64,000 bases of DNA from an uncultured Candidatus Binatia bacterium (lineage in GTDB: Bacteria > Desulfobacterota > Binatia > Bin18): NCBI GenBank assembly GCA_965214605.1, contig OZ243961.1, forward strand, positions 3,904,001-3,968,000. Reading direction: 5' to 3'. The notes beneath the pieces were generated by a model, which was not told the DNA's origin, searched no databases, and saw only the letters and a program-made list of their open reading frames with translations. The translations under genes and the position numbers were made by a program. Below are positions 38,145 to 50,779 of this stretch, one piece after another. Each line of letters starts with the position of its first letter. Position 1 is the first letter of the stretch.

Positions 38145-39128
38145 TTACTGAGCAAACGTGTCAACCAGGGTTTGTAGGTCGCCCGGGGTAAGACGGCTGG
38201 TTGGCGGAGCAGCAACCACGGCCAAGCTCAGCCCCGCCTGAGTGAAAGCGTTGAGTTGGGCGTGACACTCCTCAGCCGTGCCAAAGATGTACAGGTCTTC
38301 CACCATCGTATCAGGGATGGCAGCTTGGGCTTGGGCTCGGTCTCCGGCTTTCCAGTAGGCGTGGACTTGGTCGAGGATCTCGCCATAGCCAAAGCGCCGA
38401 AACCCCTGAATATAGGTGTTGGCCTGACAATAACCGACTAAGATACGCCGCAGCTGTTCGAGTGCCCGCTCACGATCGTCGGTCACCATAGTATGGATGT
38501 AACAGCCGACGTCGATCTCTTCCACACTCCGCCCGGCGCGGTGGGCGCCCTTGGCGATTTCGGCCAGTGAGTGTGAGACTTGCCGGGCCGGCAGCCAGGC
38601 CAGTTGAACGCCGTCTGCAATCTCTCCAGCCAGTTGCAGCATCTTGGGATTCACCGCTGCCAGATAGATGGGTAGCTGGTGTGGAGCCGGGACGCTCAAC
38701 TGAAACCCTTGGGGCCGATAAAATCGTCCCTCATAGCTGACGCGTTCTCCGGCCAGAAGCCGGCGCAGCAGGGCGACGTACTCACGCGTCCGGGCCAGCG
38801 GAAAGTCCCAGGCGAGACCGTGGAATGTATTGATGTTGCGGGTACTGACCCCTAGGCCGAGCCGGGCCCGACCTGGCGCAATCAGGTCGAGGGTGGCGGC
38901 CTGCATCGCGGTCAGGGTCGGTGGGCGCAGATAAAGGGAGACAATCCCCGTGCCGATATGGATGCGCTGACTACGGGCCAATAGCGCACCAACCATGGTA
39001 CAGGTTTCGGTTCCCCAGGCTTCACCGACCCATACGCTGTCAAAATTGGCCGATTCTGCCCGCTGGACAATCTTGGTACAGGTGTCCATCGCCATACCGA
39101 GCGGGGGTAGTCCAAGTCCCATGCGCAT
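38145..39128 (-). CDS. LLM class (F420/flavin-dependent) oxidoreductase
   Basis: WVGEAWG, GRARLGLG, AGEIADG. Confidence 0.88.
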   Translation of the reverse strand: MRMGLGLPPLGMAMDTCTKIVQRAESANFDSVWVGEAWGTETCTMVGALLARSQRIHIGTGIVSLYLRPPTLTAMQAATLDLIAPGRARLGLGVSTRNINTFHGLAWDFPLARTREYVALLRRLLAGERVSYEGRFYRPQGFQLSVPAPHQLPIYLAAVNPKMLQLAGEIADGVQLAWLPARQVSHSLAEIAKGAHRAGRSVEEIDVGCYIHTMVTDDRERALEQLRRILVGYCQANTYIQGFRRFGYGEILDQVHAYWKAGDRAQAQAAIPDTMVEDLYIFGTAEECHAQLNAFTQAGLSLAVVAAPPTSRLTPGDLQTLVDTFAQ

Positions 39129-39150
39129 CGTGTGTTTCCTTTCAGCGAGC

Positions 39151-41127
39151 TTAGCCGTCCAACTCCTCAGCCAGCTCACTCCAGTTTGCGTAGTGTTCTT
39201 CCAGTTCTCCCTTGAGCGTTTCATACTCAGCGGCGACTTCCTTGGCCCGCTGAGGCGTACTGTAGACGCTGCGGTCTGCCATCAGGGCCTCAATCTCTCG
39301 CTGCTGTTCCTCTAGCTCGGTGATCCGCCGTTCGGTTTCTGCCATACGGCGCTCCCGCTTGGAACGTTCGGCGCGGTCGGCTTTCCGGCGTGCATACAGC
39401 GTCTTGCCGCGCTTAGCGTGCTGAATGGCGCCGAGTATCTCCTGTGGCGGTTGCACGCTGCTCTCGCCAGTCTTGGTCCTCTGATCTTGGCCCTCTGACT
39501 TTGGCCATTTCTCCTGCCCGCCTGCCTCACGTTCTTTCCGTACCAGAAACTCTTCAAATGACCCTGGATACAGTATCAGGCGACCGTCCTGCATTTCTAT
39601 CACCTTGGTCACCAAACCGTCCAAAAAGTCCCGGTCATGCGAGACCACCAAGAAAGTGCCGGTGAACTGCTTGAGGGCCTGTTTGAGTACGTCCTTGGTC
39701 CGCATGTCCAGGTGATTGGTGGGCTCATCCAGGATCAGAAAGTTTGAGGCTTGGAGCAGCATTTTGGCTAAGGTCAGGCGGCTTTTTTCGCCACCGCTCA
39801 GCACCGAAACCCGTTTTTCAATCGCGTCCCCAGAAAACAAAAACGCTCCGAGCAAGGTTCGCAGTTGGGGCACAATATCGAACGCCGCCTCGCTCATAAT
39901 CTCTTGATACACCGTCCGCTCGGTGTTGAGCGTATCGGCCTGCTGCTGGGCATAGAAATCGAGCACCACCTGGTGACCCAGCACGCGCTGTCCGTGGCTC
40001 GGCGCTTCAACCCCGGCCAGCAGCCGACTCAGGGTGGACTTTCCGGTCCCGTTCATGCCGAACAGCGCGATCCGGTCGCCGCGCTCAATAATCAGATCCA
40101 GACCGTTGAAGACCTGGACCTGATCGTAGTGTTTAGCGACCTGTTTCAGCTCTAGCACGACCCGGCCGCTGCGGGGCGCGCGGGGGAAGCGAAAACGGAC
40201 TCCGGTAGGAACGGTCTGCGGGGCGCTAAGACGTTCCATTTTCTCCAACTGCTTAATGCGGCTCTGAACCTGAGGGGCTTTGCGGGCGTTGTAGCGGAAG
40301 GTGTTAATAAAACGGGTGATGCGTTCGATCTCGGCCTGCTGCTCCTCATAGGCTTTGTGGTCGGCTTCCAGCCTCTGGGTAAATAGGCGCTCAAAGGCCG
40401 AGTAATTGCCCGTATAGTCGGTCAGGCTATGGCGGTGGATGGCGGCGATACGGGTGACGGTCCGGTCAAGAAACATCCGGTCGTGGGAGACGATGACGAC
40501 GCTGCCCGCATAGGTTCGCAGATAGCCTTCGAGCCACAGCACGGAGTCGAGGTCCAGATGGTTGGTCGGCTCGTCCAAGAGGAGAATGTCTGGGCCTTGC
40601 AGGAGCAGTTTGGCCAGCGCTATACGCATCTGCCAGCCGCCGCTAAAGCGCTCGGTTGACCAGCTAAACTGTTCCTGGCGGAAGCCTAGACCGGAGAGAA
40701 TCTTGGCTACCTCGGCATCGGTCCGAAAGCCGTCCAGTTCTTCAAAGCGGTGCTGGAGCTGGCCGTAGCGGGTCAACTCCTCTGCCGTCCGGGTGTGGCT
40801 CTTGCTCTCAAGCACGGCGCGCAGGCGGGCCAATTCGTGCTGAATGGCGCTCAGTTCGGATAGAGCGGACCGGACTTCCTCAAACAGACTGCGTCCAACA
40901 ATCGGTCCCCCCTCCTGGGGCAGGTAGCCGAGGCTGGTCTCCCGGCCGCGCTGAATCTGTCCGCTGTCCGGTTCGAGCTGACCCATAATCAGCCGAAAGA
41001 GGGTTGTTTTACCAGCACCGTTAGGACCGACAAGGCCAATCCGGTCTCCCCTGCGGAGTTGCCAGTTGAGCTTACGAAAGAGTTCCTGCCCGCCAAATGC
41101 TAAAGAGAGATCGGTAATCTGCAACAT
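39151..41127 (-). CDS. ABC-F family ATP-binding protein
   Basis: Two ABC domains, FSGGWQMR, LDEPTNHLD twice, C-terminal coiled coil. Confidence 0.93.
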   Translation of the reverse strand: MLQITDLSLAFGGQELFRKLNWQLRRGDRIGLVGPNGAGKTTLFRLIMGQLEPDSGQIQRGRETSLGYLPQEGGPIVGRSLFEEVRSALSELSAIQHELARLRAVLESKSHTRTAEELTRYGQLQHRFEELDGFRTDAEVAKILSGLGFRQEQFSWSTERFSGGWQMRIALAKLLLQGPDILLLDEPTNHLDLDSVLWLEGYLRTYAGSVVIVSHDRMFLDRTVTRIAAIHRHSLTDYTGNYSAFERLFTQRLEADHKAYEEQQAEIERITRFINTFRYNARKAPQVQSRIKQLEKMERLSAPQTVPTGVRFRFPRAPRSGRVVLELKQVAKHYDQVQVFNGLDLIIERGDRIALFGMNGTGKSTLSRLLAGVEAPSHGQRVLGHQVVLDFYAQQQADTLNTERTVYQEIMSEAAFDIVPQLRTLLGAFLFSGDAIEKRVSVLSGGEKSRLTLAKMLLQASNFLILDEPTNHLDMRTKDVLKQALKQFTGTFLVVSHDRDFLDGLVTKVIEMQDGRLILYPGSFEEFLVRKEREAGGQEKWPKSEGQDQRTKTGESSVQPPQEILGAIQHAKRGKTLYARRKADRAERSKRERRMAETERRITELEEQQREIEALMADRSVYSTPQRAKEVAAEYETLKGELEEHYANWSELAEELDG

Positions 41128-41202
41128 AACGACTCGAACTCCGCCTAGAGCCCACCCGCGGGCAGTGTAGCGGAGCGAAAACGCACAGGCCAGCGTGCGA
41201 TC

Positions 41203-42030
41203 CTAAGCTTCTTCCTCTTCGGGGGGGACGAGGAGGGGCTCGCCCAGGGCCCGAATAATCCAGCGGTGCACGTCGCCTACCAGATCAATGGCCGCTGGAC
41301 CGCTGTACAGCCAATGACCGAGGTCTGGATACGTGTGTTGGTCTGCCCCGAACTCGCGGACCAGCGCCTGGCAAGCGGCCGGTGAACTCATACGATCGGC
41401 TCCGCCATGTACGACTAGGAGTGGACAGCCCGGACGATCTTGAGTGACTGTCTCGCGGCTCAGCGTCCGAGCGACACGGCCGGAATCAGGGATAAGCTGC
41501 TGGTGCAATTGGGCCTGAAGGCCGGGGCTAAAGCCGGGGAACAGAAACTCTCGGGCGATGCCGGGACGAGGGGGGGACAGAGGCCGGCCCCACAGCACAG
41601 CCGCAAGAGCGGGCAGCCGGACCAAGGGGAGGGGCGGTCGTGCTCCGGGCAGCCATGAACGGGGCAAGAGCGGGGAGCTGCACACCACGGCACGCGGGGT
41701 GATACGGGCGGCCGCCCGCAGGGCGAGGAGGGCACCGAGGTCGGCTCCCCAGACAACCGGGGGCGCCCACAGCTGTTGCGCGGCGGTCGTCACATCTTCA
41801 ACATAGTCCTCCAGTCGCACGCGGCCGATACGCGGGGCCGCCCGACTGTCCCGGCGTCCGCGGAGATCAAGAGCCCAGCATTCCCAGCCACGTAGGGCTA
41901 GAGCCGTAGCAATGGGGTGCCACATCCAGCTGCCCGTCCACAGGCCGTGGATCAGTAACAGCGGAGCGGTAAATTTATTGCGTTCAGGAAAGCTGACATC
42001 CGCACCTAAGCTGGCCAGACGCTGTTTCAT
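41203..42030 (-). CDS. alpha/beta hydrolase fold protein
   Basis: LLIHGLW, DLRG, GADLG elbow, HGGADRM, GHW. Confidence 0.8.
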   Translation of the reverse strand: MKQRLASLGADVSFPERNKFTAPLLLIHGLWTGSWMWHPIATALALRGWECWALDLRGRRDSRAAPRIGRVRLEDYVEDVTTAAQQLWAPPVVWGADLGALLALRAAARITPRAVVCSSPLLPRSWLPGARPPLPLVRLPALAAVLWGRPLSPPRPGIAREFLFPGFSPGLQAQLHQQLIPDSGRVARTLSRETVTQDRPGCPLLVVHGGADRMSSPAACQALVREFGADQHTYPDLGHWLYSGPAAIDLVGDVHRWIIRALGEPLLVPPEEEEA

Positions 42031-42037
42031 CGTAGTG

Positions 42038-43759
<1,722 letters not shown>

Positions 43760-44629
43760 TGGGTGCTGCTTGGCCATGCTCGTGCCGCTCCCCCGTGTGC
43801 CTTGGCCAGCTCGCTAGGCAAGCCCGCTGACGATCTGGCGAGCGGCAAGATGTGGGTCAGCCGCATCTTGGACCGGTTTCCCCACTCCTACATAGTCCGC
43901 GCCACGGCCGATCGCTTGTTGCAAGAGCAGCCCCCGTTTTTGGTCGCCCCAGTCCTGACGGCCGCTCGGCACAATCAAGCGGCGTCTAGGCCTCCATTTG
44001 TTAGGCGGGCAGGGGGTCTCTTGCGAAGACGTCTCCATTCCACTCAGACCCGCGGCCTGGGCCAGTTTGGCTGAGTGGACGGCCTGTTTTTGCGGACTAA
44101 CAGGAACGCTGGTTTGGCCTAGGGCGCTGGCGTTCACACTGGGCGCAGCGGTGACGGCTAAGATCAGCGGGCGGCGCCAACCTTCCGTCCGACACCGCCC
44201 GTGGACCTCGGTCCGAGTTGTGTGCCTCATGTCTGGTCCGTCCGCGGCATGGACGTTGAACAGGGCAACCCTCAGACGGGCGGTGTCGCTCCTGGCGTTT
44301 GCCGCAGTGCGGGGAATGTTGTGGAAGGTGAGCTCCGCAGACACCTGTCCGTCCCGGTGGTGGACTCGGCGAGCCGCCTCCGGGCTGGGGTGTGGAAGGA
44401 GCGGTTTGCCACCCTTAAACATCCTGATCTCGTTGGGCGGCCGCCTGACTTTGGCCTCTGCCGGCGATACAACATCAAGCGGGAGAAGGGGGCGTCTTTT
44501 GACGGCCCCTAAGCGGGCCGGGAAAGGGAGAGAGCGGGCCATATTCTGTCCAGGTTCCGCTGTACGGTCCACAGTCCAACAACCCGGTCCGGAGTGTGGA
44601 TGAAACCGAAGGATTAGGCGGCCGAGGAT

Positions 44630-44959
44630 TTATTCGTGTTCCAAGGCGCCAAAAGCCACCGTGCTATGGGCAAAGGCGCCACCCGCGCGTAGGGCCATCG
44701 TGACAAAGATCGCTTCGGCAATTTCTTCCTGTGACGCACCGGCTTTTTCGGCCCGTTTGGTGTGTACGTCGATACAGTAGGGGCACTGGGTAACATGGGC
44801 GGTTGCCACGGCGATCAACTCTTTTGTTTTGACACTCAACGCGCCGTCCTCAAACACCTTGGTATCGAACTCAACAAAGGCTTTGAACAACTCAGGGCGG
44901 GCGTTCCGCAGTTTGCGCAGGCTGCCCATACCGTCTTTCGGATAGAAACTATCGCTCAT
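44630..44959 (-). CDS. AhpD/carboxymuconolactone decarboxylase family
   Basis: KELIAVA...QCPYCIDVH; AGGAGG RBS. Confidence 0.88.
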   Translation of the reverse strand: MSDSFYPKDGMGSLRKLRNARPELFKAFVEFDTKVFEDGALSVKTKELIAVATAHVTQCPYCIDVHTKRAEKAGASQEEIAEAIFVTMALRAGGAFAHSTVAFGALEHE

Positions 44960-45130
44960 GGAGGGTCCTCCTTGTATGTTTCTTGGGTACGGCTCAGAGC
45001 GTATATGAGAACAGAGAAAAGTCAAAGGTCCAAAGCCTCGGCAGGGTCTGCTCGTCTTGTGTTCCCGGCGGCTGAAACCTATAATTTGCCCCTGACACAA
45101 TAGTGAACCGTCCCTCACCAGGAGAGCGCT

Positions 45131-46315
45131 GTGGATTTTGATTACACCCCCCAAGAAGAAGCCTTTCGTCAAGAGATACGGTCGTGGTTGGAGAGAAATC
45201 CGCCCGAGGGGTACGATCCGACCCGGTTTGAACTGATCGACCCGAATGAGCGCTTTGAGATCAAGCTGAAATGGCAGCGCAAGCTCCACGCCGCGGATTT
45301 GGTCGGCATTCATTGGCCCAAGGAATATGGCGGACGCGGTGCGACGATTATTGAGCAGACGATCTATCAGCAGGAGATGGCGCGGGCCGGCTCGCCCGGT
45401 TTTGCCAACCCGCTCGGCCTGTCTCTGGTCGGTCCGACCCTAATGCACTGGGGAACCGAAGAACAAAAACAGCGCTATATCCCCAAGATCATGAACGCGG
45501 ATGAGGTCTGGTGTCAGGGCTATTCAGAGCCGGGCTCCGGCTCTGACCTGGCGTCTTTGCAAACCCGAGCGGTTGAGGTGGGCGATTATTTTGTGGTGAA
45601 CGGTCAGAAGGTCTGGACGAGCTACGCCCATAAGGCAGACTACTGTATTCTGGTGACGCGGACAGACCCGGATGCCCCAAAACATAAGGGCTTGTCCTAC
45701 CTACTAGTTGACATGAAGACGCCCGGGGTGACGGTTCGGCCGCTGACGCAGATGACTGGCGACGCCGAATTCAACGAGGTCTTTTTTGAAGAAGTGCGGG
45801 TCCCTAAGGCCAATATCGTTGGTGAAAAAAATCAGGGCTGGCAGGTGGCGGTCACCACGCTCATGTTTGAGCGGGCGAATTTTGGCATGGTCTACAATCT
45901 GGAGCCGATGCTTGAGCAGCTATCCGAGCTGGCGCAGCGCCTCCGTCTCAACGGCCGCCCGGCGGCCGAAGACCCGGCCGTGCGCCAAAAGATCGCGGCT
46001 TTCCACGTGGCCACCCAAGCCCTGAAGTACAACGGGTACCGGATGCTGACGCGCCAGCTCAAAGGTGAGCCGCCTGGGCCGGAAGGCTCAATTGCCAAAC
46101 TGGCCGGGAGCGAGCTGTACATTCAGATCGCTCATTTTGCAACCGCGTTGCTCGGACCGTATGGGCAGATTGAGTTGAGCGATAGCCACGGACTCGACGG
46201 GGGCCATTGGTCGCGGTGTGCGCTGCGCTCACGGCTGTATACGATTGCCGGCGGCACCTCGGAGATTATGCGCAATATTGTCGGAGATCGGGTGTTGGGG
46301 CTGCCAAAGGGATAG
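45131..46315 (+). CDS. acyl-CoA dehydrogenase
   Basis: WCQGYSEPGSGSDLASL, NGQKVWTS, GGTSEI. Confidence 0.93.
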   Translation: MDFDYTPQEEAFRQEIRSWLERNPPEGYDPTRFELIDPNERFEIKLKWQRKLHAADLVGIHWPKEYGGRGATIIEQTIYQQEMARAGSPGFANPLGLSLVGPTLMHWGTEEQKQRYIPKIMNADEVWCQGYSEPGSGSDLASLQTRAVEVGDYFVVNGQKVWTSYAHKADYCILVTRTDPDAPKHKGLSYLLVDMKTPGVTVRPLTQMTGDAEFNEVFFEEVRVPKANIVGEKNQGWQVAVTTLMFERANFGMVYNLEPMLEQLSELAQRLRLNGRPAAEDPAVRQKIAAFHVATQALKYNGYRMLTRQLKGEPPGPEGSIAKLAGSELYIQIAHFATALLGPYGQIELSDSHGLDGGHWSRCALRSRLYTIAGGTSEIMRNIVGDRVLGLPKG

Positions 46316-46341
46316 CGAACGTTTCTGCCTCAGGAGGAGCT

Positions 46342-47481
46342 ATGAATTTCGGTTTTAGCGAAGAGCAAGAGATGCTGCGCGACGCAACCCGCAGATTTCT
46401 CGATAACGAGTGTCCGACAAGCTTCGTCCGTAAAATGATGGAGGATGACAGCGCTCACGCCACGGAGATGTGGAAGAAGGTGGCGGAGCAGGGCTGGCCG
46501 GCTATTCTGATTGACGAAGCCCATGGTGGGGTTGGGGGTAGTTTTCTGGACATGGTGGTGATCCTGGAAGAGATGGGCCGTTCGCTCTTGCCTGGGCCGT
46601 TCTTTGCCACCGCTCTGTTGGGAACGCCGGCCATTATCGCCGGGGGGTCGCAGGAGCAGAAGAGCGCCATTCTGTCCGGTGTGGCAGCCGGTGAAACCAC
46701 CCTGACCCTGGCTCTGGCCGAAAAGAGCGGGCGCTATGATGCGGGTGGCGTGTCCTTAGCGGCAACGCCTAAAGGAGAGAATTTTTCTCTGTCAGGAGAG
46801 AAATTTTTTGTCCCCGACGCGCATGTAGCGGATCAGATTGTTGTGGTTGCACGAACCGAACAGGGGAGTGTGGCCGAGGACGGCCTCAGTGTGTTTGTGG
46901 TCGATGCCAAGGCCCCCGGGGTGACGATTACCCAGCTCAAGACGGTTGATATGACCCGCCGTCAGTGCCATGTGGCGTTCCAGGATGTGGCTGTGTCTGG
47001 CGCCCAGGTCTTGGGAAGCGTGGGCAAGGGCTGGCCGATTGTCCAGCGTACGCTCGATCAAGCCATGGCCGGTTTATGTGCCGAAATGGTCGGCTCCGGC
47101 CAGCAGGCGCTCGATATGGCGGTAGCCTACGCCAAAGAGCGGGTTCAGTTCGGCAAGCCGATCGGCAGCTTTCAGGCCGTCAAGCATAAATGCGTGGATA
47201 TGATGGTCCAGGTCGAGAACGCCCGTTCACTGACCTATTATGCGGCCTGGACGGTTGATGAGAACGCGCCTGAAGCCCGCCAGGCGGTTCCTATGGCCAA
47301 GGCGTACTGCAGTGACATGTGCAAAACTGTGACCAGCGAGGCCATTCAGGTTCACGGCGGCATCGGTTTTACCTGGGAGCACGATATGCACCTGTTTTAT
47401 CGGCGTGGGCTGGCCTCTGAGGCGGCTTTTGGCAGCGCGCCGGTGCACCGTGAAGTGGTGGCCCAAGAGCTGAATCTGTAG
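46342..47481 (+). CDS. acyl-CoA dehydrogenase (short partner subunit type)
   Basis: QFGKPIGSFQAVKH, HGGIGFTWEHD. Confidence 0.92.
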   Translation: MNFGFSEEQEMLRDATRRFLDNECPTSFVRKMMEDDSAHATEMWKKVAEQGWPAILIDEAHGGVGGSFLDMVVILEEMGRSLLPGPFFATALLGTPAIIAGGSQEQKSAILSGVAAGETTLTLALAEKSGRYDAGGVSLAATPKGENFSLSGEKFFVPDAHVADQIVVVARTEQGSVAEDGLSVFVVDAKAPGVTITQLKTVDMTRRQCHVAFQDVAVSGAQVLGSVGKGWPIVQRTLDQAMAGLCAEMVGSGQQALDMAVAYAKERVQFGKPIGSFQAVKHKCVDMMVQVENARSLTYYAAWTVDENAPEARQAVPMAKAYCSDMCKTVTSEAIQVHGGIGFTWEHDMHLFYRRGLASEAAFGSAPVHREVVAQELNL

Positions 47482-47518
47482 AGGTCTGAATTGATTTGTC
47501 ACAGTTGACCGCTTTCCT

Positions 47519-48385
47519 ATGCGAACAGCCCTGATTATTCACGGTGGTGCTGGCGCCGCCGGGCCAGATTTGCGCGATGAGCGCGAACGGGGGCTGCGCT
47601 CGGCTTTTGAGATCGGCTGGAAAATCCTGCTGGAGGACGGCTGCGCGCTCGACGCGGTCATCAGCGCTGTTGCTGCGCTTGAAGACGATCCGGTCTTTAA
47701 CGCCGGGCTTGGCTCTTGCCTGACCCACGACGGCACGGTTGAGCTCGACGCCTCGGTGATGGACGGGGCCTCCTGGCGGGTCGGCGCGGTTGGCGCGGTT
47801 GGCGCCATCCGCAATCCGATTCGCTTGGCGCGGGCGGTCATGGAAGACGGTCGCCACGCCTTCTTGGTCGGCCCAGGAGCTTACCACTTTGCCTGTGAGC
47901 GTGGTGTTCCAACGGTCTCGGCCCAGAGCTTAATTACCGCACGGCAGTACAAACTCTGGCGGACGGGTCGGGCAGCTGCCGAGCCGGGAACGGTCGGCGC
48001 GGTGGCCATGGACTCGGCCGGTAATCTGGCCGCCGCCACCTCAACCGGTGGCCTGGTACACAAACGCAGCGGCCGGGTCGGCGACTCGGCTATTATCGGA
48101 GCCGGTACCTATGCGGATAATAATCTTGGCGGCTGTTCCAGCACGGGGGACGGTGAGGCTATTCTGCGCTCAAGCCTGGCCCGTGCGGCGGTCGAGCTGC
48201 TCGGCGACGGCAAGGATCCGACTTGGGCGGCCCAGAGCGCCCTGCGGCTGCTCAAGCGGCGAACGAGCGCCGAAGCTGGACTGGTTATTATCGATACGAT
48301 CGGACGTATCGGCTACGCGTATAATACGCCGGCCATGAGTGTGGCGCTGTCGGTTGACCGCCAGGTACAGATCCGGGTTGCCTAG
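47519..48385 (+). CDS. isoaspartyl peptidase/L-asparaginase
   Basis: IHGGAG, GTVGAVA, ATSTGG, GRVGDS. Confidence 0.92.
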   Translation: MRTALIIHGGAGAAGPDLRDERERGLRSAFEIGWKILLEDGCALDAVISAVAALEDDPVFNAGLGSCLTHDGTVELDASVMDGASWRVGAVGAVGAIRNPIRLARAVMEDGRHAFLVGPGAYHFACERGVPTVSAQSLITARQYKLWRTGRAAAEPGTVGAVAMDSAGNLAAATSTGGLVHKRSGRVGDSAIIGAGTYADNNLGGCSSTGDGEAILRSSLARAAVELLGDGKDPTWAAQSALRLLKRRTSAEAGLVIIDTIGRIGYAYNTPAMSVALSVDRQVQIRVA

Positions 48386-48487
48386 GCCCGGCCCACACCG
48401 CCTCTGGCATTTTTGTGGAGAGTGTGACTATGATGCGCCCGATCCAACGCAGGTTTCTTGAGCACTATTTAAGAGGAGGAAAACCAC

Positions 48488-50116
48488 ATGGCCAAGGTTG
48501 ACGGCAATTCTCTTGTCGTAAGATCTCTGAAAGACGAAGGGGTAGACACGGTCTTTTATCTGACCGGCGGCCCGATGGTTGACGTGGCGACAAAATGCAT
48601 CGAGATCGGCTTTCGCTCGGTAGACGTGCGCCATGAACAGGCGGCGGCAATGGCCGCTCATGCCTATAGTCGGGTGATCGGGAAGCCGGGCGTCTGTTTT
48701 GCCGCCTCAGGACCGGGCGTGACTAACCTGATTACTGGGGTCGGAAACGCCTATTTGGACGCCGTTCCAGTTGTCGCCCTAGGGGGGGCGAGCGCAATTT
48801 CGCAAGACGGGATGGGAGCATTCCAAGAGATGGATCAGGTCGGCATGTTTAAGCCGATCACCAAGTGGGCCGAGCGGGTGAAAGACGTCCGACGTATTCC
48901 CGAACTGGTGAACAAGGCATTTCGTGTAGCGACGAGCGGACAGCCAGGGCCGGTATACCTCGACCTGCCGGGTGACGTGCTGTACCGCGAGGTTGAGGAA
49001 GAGGAAGCCCCGTTCATCAAGCGGCCGCATGAGATTCCCCGTATTGCGGCCGATCCGGATCAGGTTAGCCAAGCTATTAGCCTGCTCAAAGGCGCCCAGC
49101 GACCGCTAGTCCTAACCGGGACCGGGGTGTTCTGGTCGGATGCGATGGCTGAGCTGAAGGAATTTGTCGAAGCCAGCGGTATTCCGTTTTTTACCACCCC
49201 CCAAGGTCGGGGAGTGATTGAAGAAGACCACGCCCTGAGTTTCCTCGGTGCCCGTAACCGAGCCTGGAAGGAAGCCGATGTGGTGCTCGTGGTCGGCACG
49301 CGATTTAACTTCATCATTGGTTTCGGTCGGCCGCCGCGTTTTGCCGAAGATGTCAAATTTATCCAGATCGATATTGCCGACGAAGAGATCGGCCGCAACC
49401 GCCCGGTCGATCTTGGCATCGTGGGGGATGCCAAAACGGTCTTGCGCCAGCTTATCAACGCGGGGGCAGACAGTGTCCAAGTGTCGGCCGACTGGATTGA
49501 AGCACTCCGCAGCTATGACCAACGTTCGCAGGCAAGATCCGAGGAGGTCATGAATGCGGATTCCTCGCCGATGCACCCCCTGCGCCTGTGTAAAGAGGTC
49601 AGGGACTTCATGGACCGGGACGCCATTGTGGTCGTTGACGGGCACGAGATTTTGAATTTTGCTCGCCAGTCGGTGCCTACCAACGCGCCCGGTCATCGGG
49701 TCAACGCTGGTCCGAATGGCTGCATGGGGGTGGCCGCCGCCTTTGGGCTGGGAGCCAAGGTTGCAAAGCCGGGGACACAGGTTATCGTGCTCAGCGGTGA
49801 CGGTTCGTTCGGCATGAACGGTATGGAGATCGACACCATGGTGCGTCACAACATCCCGGCCCTGATTGTGATCAGCAACAACGGTGGCTGGGCCGGTCAA
49901 GGGGTGATGAATGCCGGACGTGACCTAGGGTTTAGCCGCTACGACGAGATGGCCAAGGTGTTTGGCGCGCACGGGGAGTTTGTTGAAAAACCCGAGGATA
50001 TTCGGCCTGCCCTAGAAAGGGCCGCTGCCTCTGGAAAACCGGCTGTAGTCAATGTCATCGTTGATCCAAAAGCCCGCTCGTCAACGCAGTCCTTTGCCGC
50101 CTATCGGGCGATTTAA
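48488..50116 (+). CDS. TPP-binding enzyme (2-hydroxyacyl-CoA lyase/oxalyl-CoA decarboxylase-like)
   Basis: RHEQAA, GAFQE, GDGSFG...NN. Confidence 0.88.
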   Translation: MAKVDGNSLVVRSLKDEGVDTVFYLTGGPMVDVATKCIEIGFRSVDVRHEQAAAMAAHAYSRVIGKPGVCFAASGPGVTNLITGVGNAYLDAVPVVALGGASAISQDGMGAFQEMDQVGMFKPITKWAERVKDVRRIPELVNKAFRVATSGQPGPVYLDLPGDVLYREVEEEEAPFIKRPHEIPRIAADPDQVSQAISLLKGAQRPLVLTGTGVFWSDAMAELKEFVEASGIPFFTTPQGRGVIEEDHALSFLGARNRAWKEADVVLVVGTRFNFIIGFGRPPRFAEDVKFIQIDIADEEIGRNRPVDLGIVGDAKTVLRQLINAGADSVQVSADWIEALRSYDQRSQARSEEVMNADSSPMHPLRLCKEVRDFMDRDAIVVVDGHEILNFARQSVPTNAPGHRVNAGPNGCMGVAAAFGLGAKVAKPGTQVIVLSGDGSFGMNGMEIDTMVRHNIPALIVISNNGGWAGQGVMNAGRDLGFSRYDEMAKVFGAHGEFVEKPEDIRPALERAAASGKPAVVNVIVDPKARSSTQSFAAYRAI

Positions 50117-50220
50117 GCACCTGGGGGGCCGGTCCAGTCGGCCTCTCGGCTCCCGCTCGCACGGGTTTACGGTCCGTGACAGGCGGGGGCTCACGTGTAC
50201 CCCTCCCTTTGACAATGCTG

Positions 50221-50754
50221 ATGAAGAGAAAATTTAAACGTTTTGACGACCCACTGCTCCCGTTCATGCGTGATGAACCAGAGGTTACCGCACCGCTGCC
50301 AGCCCGGACAGCGGTCTTTCCGACGGATCGTTCGATGGGAGAACTGTTCGTCCGTAAGGTTTTTGAGCCCGAGGTGTACTCCTTTTGGGAGAAGTTTGGT
50401 CGCGCCCAGGGGCAGATTGAGATCGCGGCTGGAAAGGAACTGCGTCTCAACGTCACCCCCCAGGCGTCCACCGATTTATCGCCCTTGGCCGCACTATCGG
50501 CCAACGCGCTGCAATACCTCCAGCTGTCCGGCACCCGCGTGGCAAATGCCGGGCTTGAACACATTAAGCACCTGATCGGACTGCGCGTGTTGTGGCTCTA
50601 CGACACCCGCATCAGCGATACCGGTCTTCCCCTCCTTCAGGGCTTGAGCGGTCTACGGGTCCTGAATTTACGCAGCACCCTAGTCACCAAGGGCGGCATC
50701 AACCAGCTCCAAAAGTCCCTCACCGGTTGCGAGATACGCCAGCCGTGGAATTGA
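50221..50754 (+). CDS. short leucine-rich repeat protein
   Basis: LQYLQLSGTRV / LRVLWLYDTRISDTGL / LRVLNLRST. Confidence 0.75.
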   Translation: MKRKFKRFDDPLLPFMRDEPEVTAPLPARTAVFPTDRSMGELFVRKVFEPEVYSFWEKFGRAQGQIEIAAGKELRLNVTPQASTDLSPLAALSANALQYLQLSGTRVANAGLEHIKHLIGLRVLWLYDTRISDTGLPLLQGLSGLRVLNLRSTLVTKGGINQLQKSLTGCEIRQPWN

Positions 50755-50779
50755 ATGCCCTCCACCGCGGCGGGCGCTC

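Noticed and set aside
43760-44625. Overlapping ORFs on both strands after ftsB
   Set aside because: No recognisable motifs or clear RBS; cannot choose a real gene.
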